DNA of 34,718 nucleotides from a virus (Duplodnaviria > Caudoviricetes), in the IMG/VR virus record IMGVR_UViG_3300042564_003748, positions 1 to 34,718 of that record; one strand, 5' to 3'. The number at the start of each line of letters is the position of its first letter. Positions within the stretch are counted from its first letter, which is position 1. A program made the position numbers and the translations under genes. Of the stretch, positions 19,771 through 28,822 are shown one piece after another. The notes beneath the pieces were generated by a model. That model saw nothing but the letters and a program-made list of their open reading frames with translations, searched no databases and was not told the origin of the DNA.

Positions 19771-20499
19771 ATGTATTTTGATAAACCATTAATTCCAACT
19801 AACCAAGAGAACATATTTCATCTTGCCCCCATTCCTGTGTTTTTTAAACAGTATCATGACCATGATTTACATGATGAAGTTTTTAACTTAGGATTCAATG
19901 AGTTGACTGAGAAAGAAAAACAAATGGGACAAGAATTACCTGAACAATATGATGTCGAAAGACAGTCAAATTATAAGGTAGAGTATTATAGGTATGATCA
20001 ATGGGTAGAACCAACTGAATTCAATCCTATTGGTAGTCGTTTTTCAGTTCCACCTAACAATTTTTTAAATAGAAAGGAGGAATGTGTTAAGTTGATACGT
20101 AATAGATGTGAAGAGGGTTATCTTGAGTTATTAGACAAGATTAATAAAACACATAGCAATAATCCAAAGATAACTGAGAGTTGGATGCAGTTTTATAATC
20201 CAACATCTGGTAGAGGACACAATAAACATAATCATTGTAGGTGGTCACCAGATGAAGAGACACCACTTAGTTTTGTTGGTGGTTATTATCTTTCTGACGG
20301 AGACCCAATCGCAGATCACCAATATAGTGGTGTGTTTACTTTCCATATTAGAGGTATGTCATATTTTATCAGACCAAAGAAAGGAATGTTATTAATATGG
20401 CCATATGATGTTGTTCACTCAGTTAAACCATTCTACGGTAAAACACATAGATGTGTTATCAATTTCAATATTGAGGATGGTGGTGTAAAGTTATTATAA
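19771..20499 (+). CDS. Putative 2OG-Fe(II) oxygenase (TIGR02466-like)
   Basis: SW..F....GH.KHNH, GGYYL, P.KG.LLIWP....HSV.P, R..INFN. Ends VKLL. Confidence 0.75.
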   Translation: MYFDKPLIPTNQENIFHLAPIPVFFKQYHDHDLHDEVFNLGFNELTEKEKQMGQELPEQYDVERQSNYKVEYYRYDQWVEPTEFNPIGSRFSVPPNNFLNRKEECVKLIRNRCEEGYLELLDKINKTHSNNPKITESWMQFYNPTSGRGHNKHNHCRWSPDEETPLSFVGGYYLSDGDPIADHQYSGVFTFHIRGMSYFIRPKKGMLLIWPYDVVHSVKPFYGKTHRCVINFNIEDGGVKLL

Positions 20500-20500
20500 C

Positions 20501-21268
20501 ATGAAGATAATCAGAATATTGTGGGGTGATTTCGAAAGATATTCGAATCAAATCATTAACGCAAAGAAGTACAATCTCAACGAGAAAGTATTTGTTTGGG
20601 GAAAAGAGAATTATCAAAAACTCACATCATTAGGATATGATTGTCATTTAATTAACGAACAACCTTATGATTATGAAATTGCCGATAATCACACGTTCAT
20701 TAGTTATAATAGTCTAACCCATAAAATATTAGGACTAAAAATTGCGTTAGAATTATTAGGTGAAGTATTATTCTTAGATTGGGATTGTATACCAACAAAA
20801 CCCTTAGATGATAATTTTTACGAACAAATTAGACTAAAGAATTCGTCTCTACAAGTTCCATTATATTGTTACCCTAAAATTGCGTTTGATGTGATGAGAT
20901 TACAAACGGATGATGTTGTCATGAACAAATTTTTTGATGTTTTGGATAAAAACATCTCACAACATTCTCACGTACTAAATGATTCATATGTTTTACCAAA
21001 CACCGGATTCTTCTATTGTAATGACGTAGAAATAATTGACGATTTGTTAGAGGTAATCAAGGGTAATGATTTACAGGGTATACCCGATGAACTATCTGTG
21101 TTATTATACACAAAGGATTTAGGTTTAGATTGGTACATTGATAACATCGAACCTACCGTAATATCAGGCAAGAATCATAATCTCGATTTTTGGAATGACG
21201 AAGAGGAGAAACTGTCAAATTTCATTAAGGAAAAAGTAACGAAAGACAATTATTTTGAACACCTTTAA
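20501..21268 (+). CDS. Putative DxD (GT-A-like) transferase
   Basis: IRILWG, HK..GLK.A, LFLDWD, LPNTGF.YC, PDE. Paralog of 21799. Confidence 0.5.
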   Translation: MKIIRILWGDFERYSNQIINAKKYNLNEKVFVWGKENYQKLTSLGYDCHLINEQPYDYEIADNHTFISYNSLTHKILGLKIALELLGEVLFLDWDCIPTKPLDDNFYEQIRLKNSSLQVPLYCYPKIAFDVMRLQTDDVVMNKFFDVLDKNISQHSHVLNDSYVLPNTGFFYCNDVEIIDDLLEVIKGNDLQGIPDELSVLLYTKDLGLDWYIDNIEPTVISGKNHNLDFWNDEEEKLSNFIKEKVTKDNYFEHL

Positions 21269-21818
21269 AACTTTTTGTATATCACTTAAGAAAGATACGA
21301 ATCGAAGAAGTCACATGTTAACCATTAAAGATAAAATGGGACTCGACTTTGAATTTTTTGATGCCGTTGAATCGGATGATATTACTGAAGAGATTGAAAA
21401 AAAGTATTTCTCAAACACTGACTTCTATGAGTGGGATATAAATCAGAAAGCTGTTATGGCTACATTTATGAGTCATATAAAACTGTTGAAATATTCCTGT
21501 GAAAACAAGACCAATCTTTTAATCATTGAAGATGATATTGATTATATCGGTAACATAAACTTCAACGATATTAAATTCAATGAGTTCGACATTTTAAATG
21601 TTGGAACACCTTTCGGTTGTTATTCATACTTTGTTTCACATGATGGTGCGTGTAAAATACTTAATGAGATTCATTCTAAACAAATCACACAAGCTTACGA
21701 TTGGGAATTAAACAAATTAACCACGGTAAGAAAACAAACAACAAACATACCACAATTTACACAAGTGGAAAATAAATTCGTATCAAATATTTCACCCAAT
21801 GGATACAAGAGGTATTGA
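21255..21818 (+). CDS. Glycosyltransferase family 25
   Basis: ISL....RR, FEFFDAV, SH, LIIEDD, SY.VS..GA.K.L, D. TTG start is uncertain. Confidence 0.8.
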   Translation: MNTFKTFCISLKKDTNRRSHMLTIKDKMGLDFEFFDAVESDDITEEIEKKYFSNTDFYEWDINQKAVMATFMSHIKLLKYSCENKTNLLIIEDDIDYIGNINFNDIKFNEFDILNVGTPFGCYSYFVSHDGACKILNEIHSKQITQAYDWELNKLTTVRKQTTNIPQFTQVENKFVSNISPNGYKRY

Positions 21819-22545
21819 GTTTGTTAGAATTCTATGGGGTAACTTTAATGATATTAAGTTACAACCACTTTATAACGAAACGGTGTACGTTTGGGGGTTA
21901 GATAATTACAACAAATTAATTGACTTAGGTTATAAATGTGTATTAATATCAAATCAGAATACGATACATGACAACGAGAACACTAAATTTCTACATAAGT
22001 TAATTGGATTAAAAGAAGCATCGTTAAATCATGATAAGTTTATCTTCATGGATTGGGATGTAGAAATTGTCAGAGAATTGGATGATGATTTCTTCAGTGA
22101 GTTTGATGGTAAAGAATTTTTAATGCCGACATATTCGTACCCAATTGAATACCTTTCATTAACCGATAAACTATCGGATGTTGGGGCAAAAAATTGGACT
22201 AACCAACAAATAATAGAAATGGAAAGGTACGGTTGGAGAGAAGAAGATATAATTGTTTTACCTAACGCTGGTTTCATCTATTGTGCTGACAAATTCATAC
22301 CAAGTAGATTACTTGAAATTGCGTTGGAGTATAATCTAACAACTTTAGTGGAGGAGTTTGCTATGTTCATCTATTCACAATCCGATTTTAAGAGTTATAT
22401 TTTAAAATATGAACCATCAGTAATATTTGGTAGACCTATTGATACCATTTTTACCATCCATAACATAAAAAGAAACACTGAGATAATATTACATAATAAA
22501 ATTGAACAATTAATTAGAAAAAATGTCTACCTCACCCATCAATAA
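21799..22545 (+). CDS. Putative DxD (GT-A-like) transferase
   Basis: VRILWG, HKLIGLK.A, IFMDWD, LPNAGFIYC, VEE. Paralog of 20501. Confidence 0.5.
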   Translation: MDTRGIEFVRILWGNFNDIKLQPLYNETVYVWGLDNYNKLIDLGYKCVLISNQNTIHDNENTKFLHKLIGLKEASLNHDKFIFMDWDVEIVRELDDDFFSEFDGKEFLMPTYSYPIEYLSLTDKLSDVGAKNWTNQQIIEMERYGWREEDIIVLPNAGFIYCADKFIPSRLLEIALEYNLTTLVEEFAMFIYSQSDFKSYILKYEPSVIFGRPIDTIFTIHNIKRNTEIILHNKIEQLIRKNVYLTHQ

Positions 22546-23230
22546 AATATGGACATTCGGATGTTCCTTTTCGACAGATCACTACCTCCAAATGAATGAA
22601 ACTTATACAGGAGTTCTTTCAGAAAAATTGGGGGTTGACTACGAGAACTTTGCGGAAAGTGCGATGTGTCACGAAGAATGTTTTAATAGGTTAACTCAGA
22701 ATATGAATCGATTTGAAAAAAACGATTTGATAATCTATCAGTTTACTGCGGGTACAAGGGAAGGATTTAAAATCAATAATGATTTTTATTATACCAGTGC
22801 CGGATTGACCAGAGACTTGAATCTAATGTTCGATTTAATGAACAAATATTCAGGAGGTAGAGATAGATTTCCAATTAAAGATGACCAATTCATATTACTG
22901 TGTGATTATATGAATCATTGGGCACCTCATACAATATACCACAAATACCATAGAGTATTCAATACCTTAAGTTTCTTACAGAGTAAAGTTGGGATCAAGT
23001 ATAGAATTCTATGTTTAGATAATGACTTCAAACCATTTAGAACTGAACACTTTATTAATTTCCCAACAAGTTCCGATGAGAATAATTTATCAATAATGAA
23101 TTGGGTTGATGAAAATAAATGGACCTTAGGTGACACCAAACCCACCCAGGTTATGAGAACAGATAAACACCCTAATGAAGAGGGACATTATAATATAGGA
23201 ATACGTTTATATGAAAGCAATATTTGTTAA
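22523..23230 (+). CDS. SGNH/GDSL hydrolase-like protein
   Basis: WTFGCSFS, NFA, IIYQFT...R, DKHPNEEGH. Confidence 0.7.
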   Translation: MSTSPINKIWTFGCSFSTDHYLQMNETYTGVLSEKLGVDYENFAESAMCHEECFNRLTQNMNRFEKNDLIIYQFTAGTREGFKINNDFYYTSAGLTRDLNLMFDLMNKYSGGRDRFPIKDDQFILLCDYMNHWAPHTIYHKYHRVFNTLSFLQSKVGIKYRILCLDNDFKPFRTEHFINFPTSSDENNLSIMNWVDENKWTLGDTKPTQVMRTDKHPNEEGHYNIGIRLYESNIC

Positions 23231-24137
23231 TTGGACGGCACCTTTTTTCCATAAAAAGGATGCTCAAGGATATAACCATCTTAAGATGTTTGATTTACCT
23301 GACAATGAATATGACATCGTTGATTACGAGTTATTAATTCAAGAAGTTGCGGTTAGAAGTGCGAAGAAATACATAGGTCAAACTAAATTATACACTGATA
23401 ATGTTGGGTATGAATTTTACCGAAAAAAAGGAATGTTAGATTTGTGGGATGAAATTGATGTGGACACTTTGGAAAACTTTAATAAAGAATATCCTGAAGT
23501 TAATCCTGGTAGATTTTGGACAACAGGCAAATCAATAGTGATTGGTAAGGAACCGACACCATATCTATTTTTAGATTTAGATTTCATTGTTAGAGGTTAT
23601 CTACCATCATGGACAAACAACTATGATTTAGTTCACACACAATGGGAAATACAACGAGGAGAATTCTTTGTATTCGAACATCAATTAGATAAGATTGGAG
23701 GTATATCTGATTTCTCACAAAATATGATGATGCCCAACACATCGTTCATATTAATGAATAGTGATAAACTTAGGGATGAATATCTCAAAAAACATTTGGA
23801 TATTATAACTAGAAAATATGATGAGGTTCCTGAATGGTTATGGTTATTGGCGGACCAAGGGATTATGGGATATAGTGTGAGAAAATGTAAATCCAAGGTT
23901 GAAACTATTGAAAACAGATTATACATGTCATATCCTGAATTACCTGTATTAGGACCTAAGTTGCCAGGTAAAGGATTATTTTGGGTTAAAGACCCTAACA
24001 GAGTAGACCACATAGAAAATTTAGATTACTACCACGTATGGTTAGAGAAGTATTATTATAAAACAGACACCAATTTTAGAGATACCAAAGTCAAAGAACT
24101 ACAAAAAGAACTCGAATCACTTAAAGAAACAATTTAA
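23211..24137 (+). CDS. DUF6734-like putative DxD transferase
   Basis: KLYTD..G, FW..GK, PYLFLDLD, MPNTS, LADQ, YYHVW..K. Similar to 16962. Confidence 0.55.
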   Translation: MKAIFVNWTAPFFHKKDAQGYNHLKMFDLPDNEYDIVDYELLIQEVAVRSAKKYIGQTKLYTDNVGYEFYRKKGMLDLWDEIDVDTLENFNKEYPEVNPGRFWTTGKSIVIGKEPTPYLFLDLDFIVRGYLPSWTNNYDLVHTQWEIQRGEFFVFEHQLDKIGGISDFSQNMMMPNTSFILMNSDKLRDEYLKKHLDIITRKYDEVPEWLWLLADQGIMGYSVRKCKSKVETIENRLYMSYPELPVLGPKLPGKGLFWVKDPNRVDHIENLDYYHVWLEKYYYKTDTNFRDTKVKELQKELESLKETI

Positions 24138-24138
24138 T

Positions 24139-24167
24139 TTGACTTTTTAGAATATTTTTGTTATATT
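24139..24167 (+). promoter_or_regulatory. Putative promoter TTGACT-N17-TATATT (with TGn extension), 7 nt before ATG 24175 (leaderless)
   Basis: TTGACT at 24139-24144, TG at 24159-24160, TATATT at 24162-24167. Confidence 0.7.
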
Positions 24168-24174
24168 ATCTTCT

Positions 24175-24612
24175 ATGATATATTGGTTTACAGGTCAGCC
24201 TGGAGCAGGTAAGACCACATTAGCAAAACACTTAGTGGCATTTTTGATGAACACTAGTAAAGTCCTCCACATCGATGGTGATGATTTGAGAGACATATTC
24301 AAGAATAAAGACTATTCCGAAGGGGGTAGGAGAAAGAACATCGAGAGAGCACAAGACATTGCTCTTTTCATGAATGAAAAAGGTCATGATGTCGTAGTAT
24401 CATTAGTTTCACCTTACAGAGACCAACGAGAAGAATTTAAAGACAAATCTGAAGCAGTTGAGATTTATGTTCACACTACCGAAGAAAGAGGTCGTGAGAA
24501 TTTTCACGTTACCGATTACGAAAAACCTGAAGAGAATTACGTTGATGTTGATACAACAAACGTATCCGACGTAGAGTCATTTATTGATTTAATTAAAAGA
24601 ATAGATTTATGA
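24175..24612 (+). CDS. cysC: Adenylylsulfate (APS) kinase
   Basis: IYWFTGQPGAGKTTLA, IDGDDLR, DYS..GR..NI, VVSLVSPY...R, YE.PE. Confidence 0.85.
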   Translation: MIYWFTGQPGAGKTTLAKHLVAFLMNTSKVLHIDGDDLRDIFKNKDYSEGGRRKNIERAQDIALFMNEKGHDVVVSLVSPYRDQREEFKDKSEAVEIYVHTTEERGRENFHVTDYEKPEENYVDVDTTNVSDVESFIDLIKRIDL

Positions 24613-24989
24613 GTAAAAAGTATGCGTTGTATGTAGGCCGTTGGCAAAATTGGCACAAAGGTCACGAATGGTTAATTAACCAACAATTAGAAAAAGGTAA
24701 AAATGTTTGGGTGGCAATTAGAGATGTCCCACAAGATGAGAACAATCCTAAAACTGCGATTCAAATCTTACATGAATTATCCAATGAACCCTTTTTCAAA
24801 GATAATTTTGATAGAGTATTAATCTCAATCATTCCTGACATTGAAAGTATTAACTACGGTAGAGGTGTTGGTTATGATGTAATCTATCATGAGCCACCCG
24901 CAGATGTTGCGGTTATTAGTGGTACCGCAATTCGAACTGGTCACATGAAACCAGATGGAACAGTTACTTACGATGAAAATAAAGGATAA
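24609..24989 (+). CDS. HxGH cytidyltransferase-like nucleotidyltransferase
   Basis: GRWQNWHKGH, NP, YGRGVGY, ISGTAIR. Confidence 0.8.
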   Translation: MSKKYALYVGRWQNWHKGHEWLINQQLEKGKNVWVAIRDVPQDENNPKTAIQILHELSNEPFFKDNFDRVLISIIPDIESINYGRGVGYDVIYHEPPADVAVISGTAIRTGHMKPDGTVTYDENKG

Positions 24990-25213
24990 TGATAGTAGAA
25001 AGAAAAAGACACATAGCTAAAACAATATCGTATCGTATTATATCTACCTTAATTGGATTTGGTATTATGTGGTGGATAAGTGGTGATGTTAAAGTAGGTG
25101 CGGCCTTTGGTGTAGCTGAATTAGTGTATAAACCCATCCAATACTATCTACACGAGAGAGTATGGTATAAGTGGATTAAATTTGGACTAAGAAAAGAAAA
25201 GAATATAAAATGA
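24989..25213 (+). CDS. DUF2061 family small membrane protein
   Basis: RHIAKTISYR, hydrophobic hairpin, K...YYLHERVW...KFG. Confidence 0.85.
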   Translation: MIVERKRHIAKTISYRIISTLIGFGIMWWISGDVKVGAAFGVAELVYKPIQYYLHERVWYKWIKFGLRKEKNIK

Positions 25214-26442
25214 AAAATGTAGTTATTATTGGTGGCGGTACTGCTGGGTGGTTAACATCACTTTTTATACGGAAAAATTGGGTAGGTGTTAATATTACAT
25301 TGATTTCTAGTTCTAATATTGGAATACTTGGTGCCGGTGAATCAAGTACAACTAATTTCCCTGATCTTTTAATAGGATTAGATATAGATGAAGTTGATTT
25401 TATAATAAAAACTAAAGCAACAATAAAAATCGGTAATGAATTTGTAAATTGGAGAGGGGACGGTAAAAATATGGTACACCCATTTGTCGGTGGACCAAAA
25501 TCGTTACATGGATTCCATTTCGATGCCAAATTAGTTGCGGATTATTTACAAAACATAAGTTTAAATAGAGGTGTTAAACATATTGATTCAGAAGTAATTG
25601 GATTTAATCAATTAGATAATGGAGATGTAAATGAAATATTATTGACCAATGGAACTAAAGTACAATCTGATTTTGTATTTGATTGTAGTGGTTTTGCGAG
25701 ATTAATTATAGGTAAATTGTATAACCAAGAATGGATTTCATATAACAAATACCTTAATATCGATTCGGCGATTGCTTTTTTCCTACCACAAAAAGATAAT
25801 TTAAATCATGAGTCCGAAACCACAACCAAGTCTATAGGGATGAAGTGTGGTTGGATGTGGAATGCTCCACTACAACACAGATGGGGTTGTGGGTATGCCT
25901 TCAACTCAAACTACATTAATGATATTGAAGCAAAAAAAGAGGTTGAGGATTACGTTGGAGAGGAAATTACCATAGTGAAAAAATTTAACTTTAATCCTGG
26001 CACATATAAAAATTCTTGGGTTAATAATTGTGTAGCTATCGGACTCTCCTCGTCATTTTTAGAACCACTTGAGGCGACATCTATGTTAACGTCAATTATG
26101 TTATTGAGGAAATTAAAAAAATTTGATTTTAATCCAATTAATAAAAATGAGTTTAACGACTATTTTAATCACTTAAATGAACAAAATTTATTATTCATTA
26201 AGTATCAATATATGTGTGATAGAGATGATACTAAATTTTGGATAGACCAAAAAATGGTAGAAGTTCCCGATAACTTATTAAAGTTGGTGAATAGAAAGGG
26301 TGAATTGATAGTTAAATCAAACGATGAAATTAAATCGGCATTAAACATTGTGGACGATAGTCGTAGTTTAGTTTTTGGGTTTTATAGTTATAACACAATC
26401 TATAAGAAAAATTCGAAAAAATTTAGTAATTCATTAATATAA
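25210..26442 (+). CDS. Flavin-dependent (tryptophan) halogenase family protein
   Basis: IIGGGTAGW, GAGES, ATIK.G..F.NW (catalytic Lys region), FDCSGF, GWMWNAP (WxWxxP), F.EPLEATS. Ends NSLI. Confidence 0.88.
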   Translation: MKNVVIIGGGTAGWLTSLFIRKNWVGVNITLISSSNIGILGAGESSTTNFPDLLIGLDIDEVDFIIKTKATIKIGNEFVNWRGDGKNMVHPFVGGPKSLHGFHFDAKLVADYLQNISLNRGVKHIDSEVIGFNQLDNGDVNEILLTNGTKVQSDFVFDCSGFARLIIGKLYNQEWISYNKYLNIDSAIAFFLPQKDNLNHESETTTKSIGMKCGWMWNAPLQHRWGCGYAFNSNYINDIEAKKEVEDYVGEEITIVKKFNFNPGTYKNSWVNNCVAIGLSSSFLEPLEATSMLTSIMLLRKLKKFDFNPINKNEFNDYFNHLNEQNLLFIKYQYMCDRDDTKFWIDQKMVEVPDNLLKLVNRKGELIVKSNDEIKSALNIVDDSRSLVFGFYSYNTIYKKNSKKFSNSLI

Positions 26443-26448
26443 AGAGAT

Positions 26449-27102
26449 ATGGAAAAGTTATATTTTGATGAGACCACATATATTTGGAAAACAAAACTTA
26501 ATAAGTTAAATGAAAAGTCATCATTTTTAAAAGAGGCTTATTTGGTCATAGAATCTCAGCCAGATGTAAAAACGGACGGGTTCGGTTATAAGAAAGAATG
26601 GAATAATAATTTAAATTTTATTGGTGAAATTGAGGTTGAAACAAATTTAGATTACGTGGTTCAAAAAGGTATAAATCTTTGTAAAGAACTCTATGGGGAA
26701 AAAAATATACCTTATAATAAAATAAACACCGACTCTTGGGTTAATGTTGTAAGATCACAAAACCCGGTACAACTACAATTTCGACATGAGGAATTGAAAG
26801 GTGTTGATAAATTCCATGTTCACACCGATATTAATAGAGATAGTAAAACTTTTATACCACATTACACTTATGTATATTACATCCAAATGCCCGATGTAAT
26901 GAATGGAGAAGATGGTGTATTATACTTTAGAGGTAAAGACAATCAAGAGTTTTGGATTAGACCTGAAGAAGACGATTTTATTATAATGGAAGCCGATATG
27001 CCACATTCACCAAACAACGCTCCTGATTCGACAAATGATAGAATAGTTTTGGCGGGAAACGTTGGATTTGAATTTATTAAAAAAGAAAAATCGTTAATAT
27101 AA
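26449..27102 (+). CDS. Putative 2OG-Fe(II) oxygenase (TIGR02466-like)
   Basis: SWVNVVR, HVHTD, YVYYIQMP, G.L.F, PEE.D..I.....PHSP, RIVLAGN. Ends KSLI. Confidence 0.7.
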   Translation: MEKLYFDETTYIWKTKLNKLNEKSSFLKEAYLVIESQPDVKTDGFGYKKEWNNNLNFIGEIEVETNLDYVVQKGINLCKELYGEKNIPYNKINTDSWVNVVRSQNPVQLQFRHEELKGVDKFHVHTDINRDSKTFIPHYTYVYYIQMPDVMNGEDGVLYFRGKDNQEFWIRPEEDDFIIMEADMPHSPNNAPDSTNDRIVLAGNVGFEFIKKEKSLI

Positions 27103-27671
27103 TGTTTGTAAAATATATTGAGAATTTTTTAACAAAAGAAGAATGTGATCAGATTATCCTTTTAGGGGAATCCGTGGGACTAAGTCAAATGAAATCATCA
27201 TTAATTGTGAACGGTAAACTTATTGAAGAGAATGTAAGTTATGATGGTAACAAAAGAATGGGTTGTTATTTTTACGATGAATTATTAGAAAATGACGTAT
27301 TAAAAAATTTGACAAATAAGATTGTCGAATTGTCGAATAACTTAAACCCATTCAATGGTATAAATTATATTAAAGTACCGAAATATTCATTTAACAGATA
27401 TGGTGAAGGTGATTTTTTAGATTGGCATCCTGATAATCATGAAATATTAAACGGAGCAACAATTACATTTATCATTCAACTTAATGATGATTATGAAGGT
27501 GGAGATGTTAAATATATCACAGATGGGACCAATCAAACCACACCTAAAAAAACAGGAAGTGTATTAATATTTGATTCAAATATAGTTCATTCAGTTGACA
27601 AGGTAATAAAAGGAATCAGATATTCATTGAATGTATGGCCAAGTAAAACAATTAAACAATCGATATTATAA
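27102..27671 (+). CDS. 2OG-Fe(II) oxygenase (prolyl 4-hydroxylase-like)
   Basis: NFLTKEEC, Y..G....WHPD, QLNDDYEGG, G...IFDS...HSV..V..G.RYSL..W. Ends QSIL. Confidence 0.88.
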   Translation: MFVKYIENFLTKEECDQIILLGESVGLSQMKSSLIVNGKLIEENVSYDGNKRMGCYFYDELLENDVLKNLTNKIVELSNNLNPFNGINYIKVPKYSFNRYGEGDFLDWHPDNHEILNGATITFIIQLNDDYEGGDVKYITDGTNQTTPKKTGSVLIFDSNIVHSVDKVIKGIRYSLNVWPSKTIKQSIL

Positions 27672-28462
27672 TGTTAGTAGATAATAAATTCATTTATTTA
27701 AGTTTACCTAGATGTGCATCAACTGCGTTTAATTATTCATGTATTCTTAATGACGTAAGCTTACAAACATTCAACGGAGAATGGGAAAAATCTAATTTAG
27801 ATATTGATTTTAATTCAATTGATAAGTCTAAAATAATGGATTATATCTACCATGGACACGAATCGATAACAGACTTACAAAACAAATTTGGTAATGAGTA
27901 TCCGGTTATTGCGGTTAAGAGACAAAGACATGAAAGATTTTTTTCTCTATACAAACACGTTTTGTTTGATTTACAACGTACAGGATTTCATAGAATATAT
28001 GATGTTTTTAGTAACATGACATTAGACGAGCTATTTTTCTTTACCAAAGACGACCTATCAAGTAAGAAAAAACGTTGGGAGGTAATATGTGATTTATTGA
28101 TAAATTTGAAAATATTGGATGAAAGAATCGATATTTCTGTTACATCAAAATTTAAAAAATCTGAAGAGGAGTTTTTTAAGAAAAGTACAAAGGCTTATGC
28201 GGTTAATATGATTGATATATTATTAACCCCACTATCGTATTGGACAAACAATAACCAAAATATCATTTGGTTTGATTTTAACGAAATGGATAAATTTGAG
28301 GGTTGGGTATCTAAAACATTGGAAAAACCCTTTAAACTCTATTCCGTAAATTCAAGTAAACATATGGAGTGTAAAATCGTATTAAATGATGAGTTTAAAG
28401 AAAAATATGACAGTATTTATGATTATTACGATTTTCCTAAATTAAAAAAAAGTTTAATATGA
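27671..28462 (+). CDS. Sulfotransferase family 2-like protein
   Basis: KFIYLSLPRCAST (5'-PSB-like loop), HES, R...ERF.SLY (3'-PB-like), N.S, late Y..YD. Ends KSLI. Confidence 0.6.
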   Translation: MLVDNKFIYLSLPRCASTAFNYSCILNDVSLQTFNGEWEKSNLDIDFNSIDKSKIMDYIYHGHESITDLQNKFGNEYPVIAVKRQRHERFFSLYKHVLFDLQRTGFHRIYDVFSNMTLDELFFFTKDDLSSKKKRWEVICDLLINLKILDERIDISVTSKFKKSEEEFFKKSTKAYAVNMIDILLTPLSYWTNNNQNIIWFDFNEMDKFEGWVSKTLEKPFKLYSVNSSKHMECKIVLNDEFKEKYDSIYDYYDFPKLKKSLI

Positions 28463-28746
28463 TAGATTATAAGGAGATATTTGAAGCATGGAAAACATCA
28501 TATAAACCAACAGAAAAACAGGAAGAACAGGCAAGAGAAAGATTGGATATATGTTTAGGGTGTGACCATAGAAAAGAAGTACTAAAAGGTGTTAAATGGT
28601 CAGCATATTGTAACGATTGTGGGTGCCCAATAAACAAAAAAGTATTTTCGAAAACTTTTAACGCGTGTACCCAAAAAAAATGGGAGGAAGTTGATTCAAA
28701 ATACATGGACGTTGTCCCAACAAAATATAAGAATTCATTGATATAA
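28459..28746 (+). CDS. Small Cys-rich metal-binding protein (DUF6171-like)
   Basis: RL.IC..C...C..CGC....K......C...KW. Ends NSLI. Confidence 0.65.
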   Translation: MIDYKEIFEAWKTSYKPTEKQEEQARERLDICLGCDHRKEVLKGVKWSAYCNDCGCPINKKVFSKTFNACTQKKWEEVDSKYMDVVPTKYKNSLI

Positions 28747-28770
28747 CATATACATATATATAACTAATAC

Positions 28771-28799
28771 TTGACAAATATTATCGTTATCGGTATATT
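28771..28799 (+). promoter_or_regulatory. Putative promoter TTGACA-N17-TATATT upstream of the ATP-grasp-Hint gene
   Basis: Perfect TTGACA at 28771-28776, 17-nt spacer, TATATT at 28794-28799, followed by an A-rich leader before ATG 28823. Confidence 0.75.
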
Positions 28800-28822
28800 T
28801 ATATAGTAAGATAAAAAAAATT

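Noticed and set aside
28741-28806. AT-alternating tract and a TATTTATA word near the precursor promoter, as a possible operator or late promoter
   Set aside because: Single low-complexity occurrence in AT-rich DNA, which cannot be told from chance within this window.
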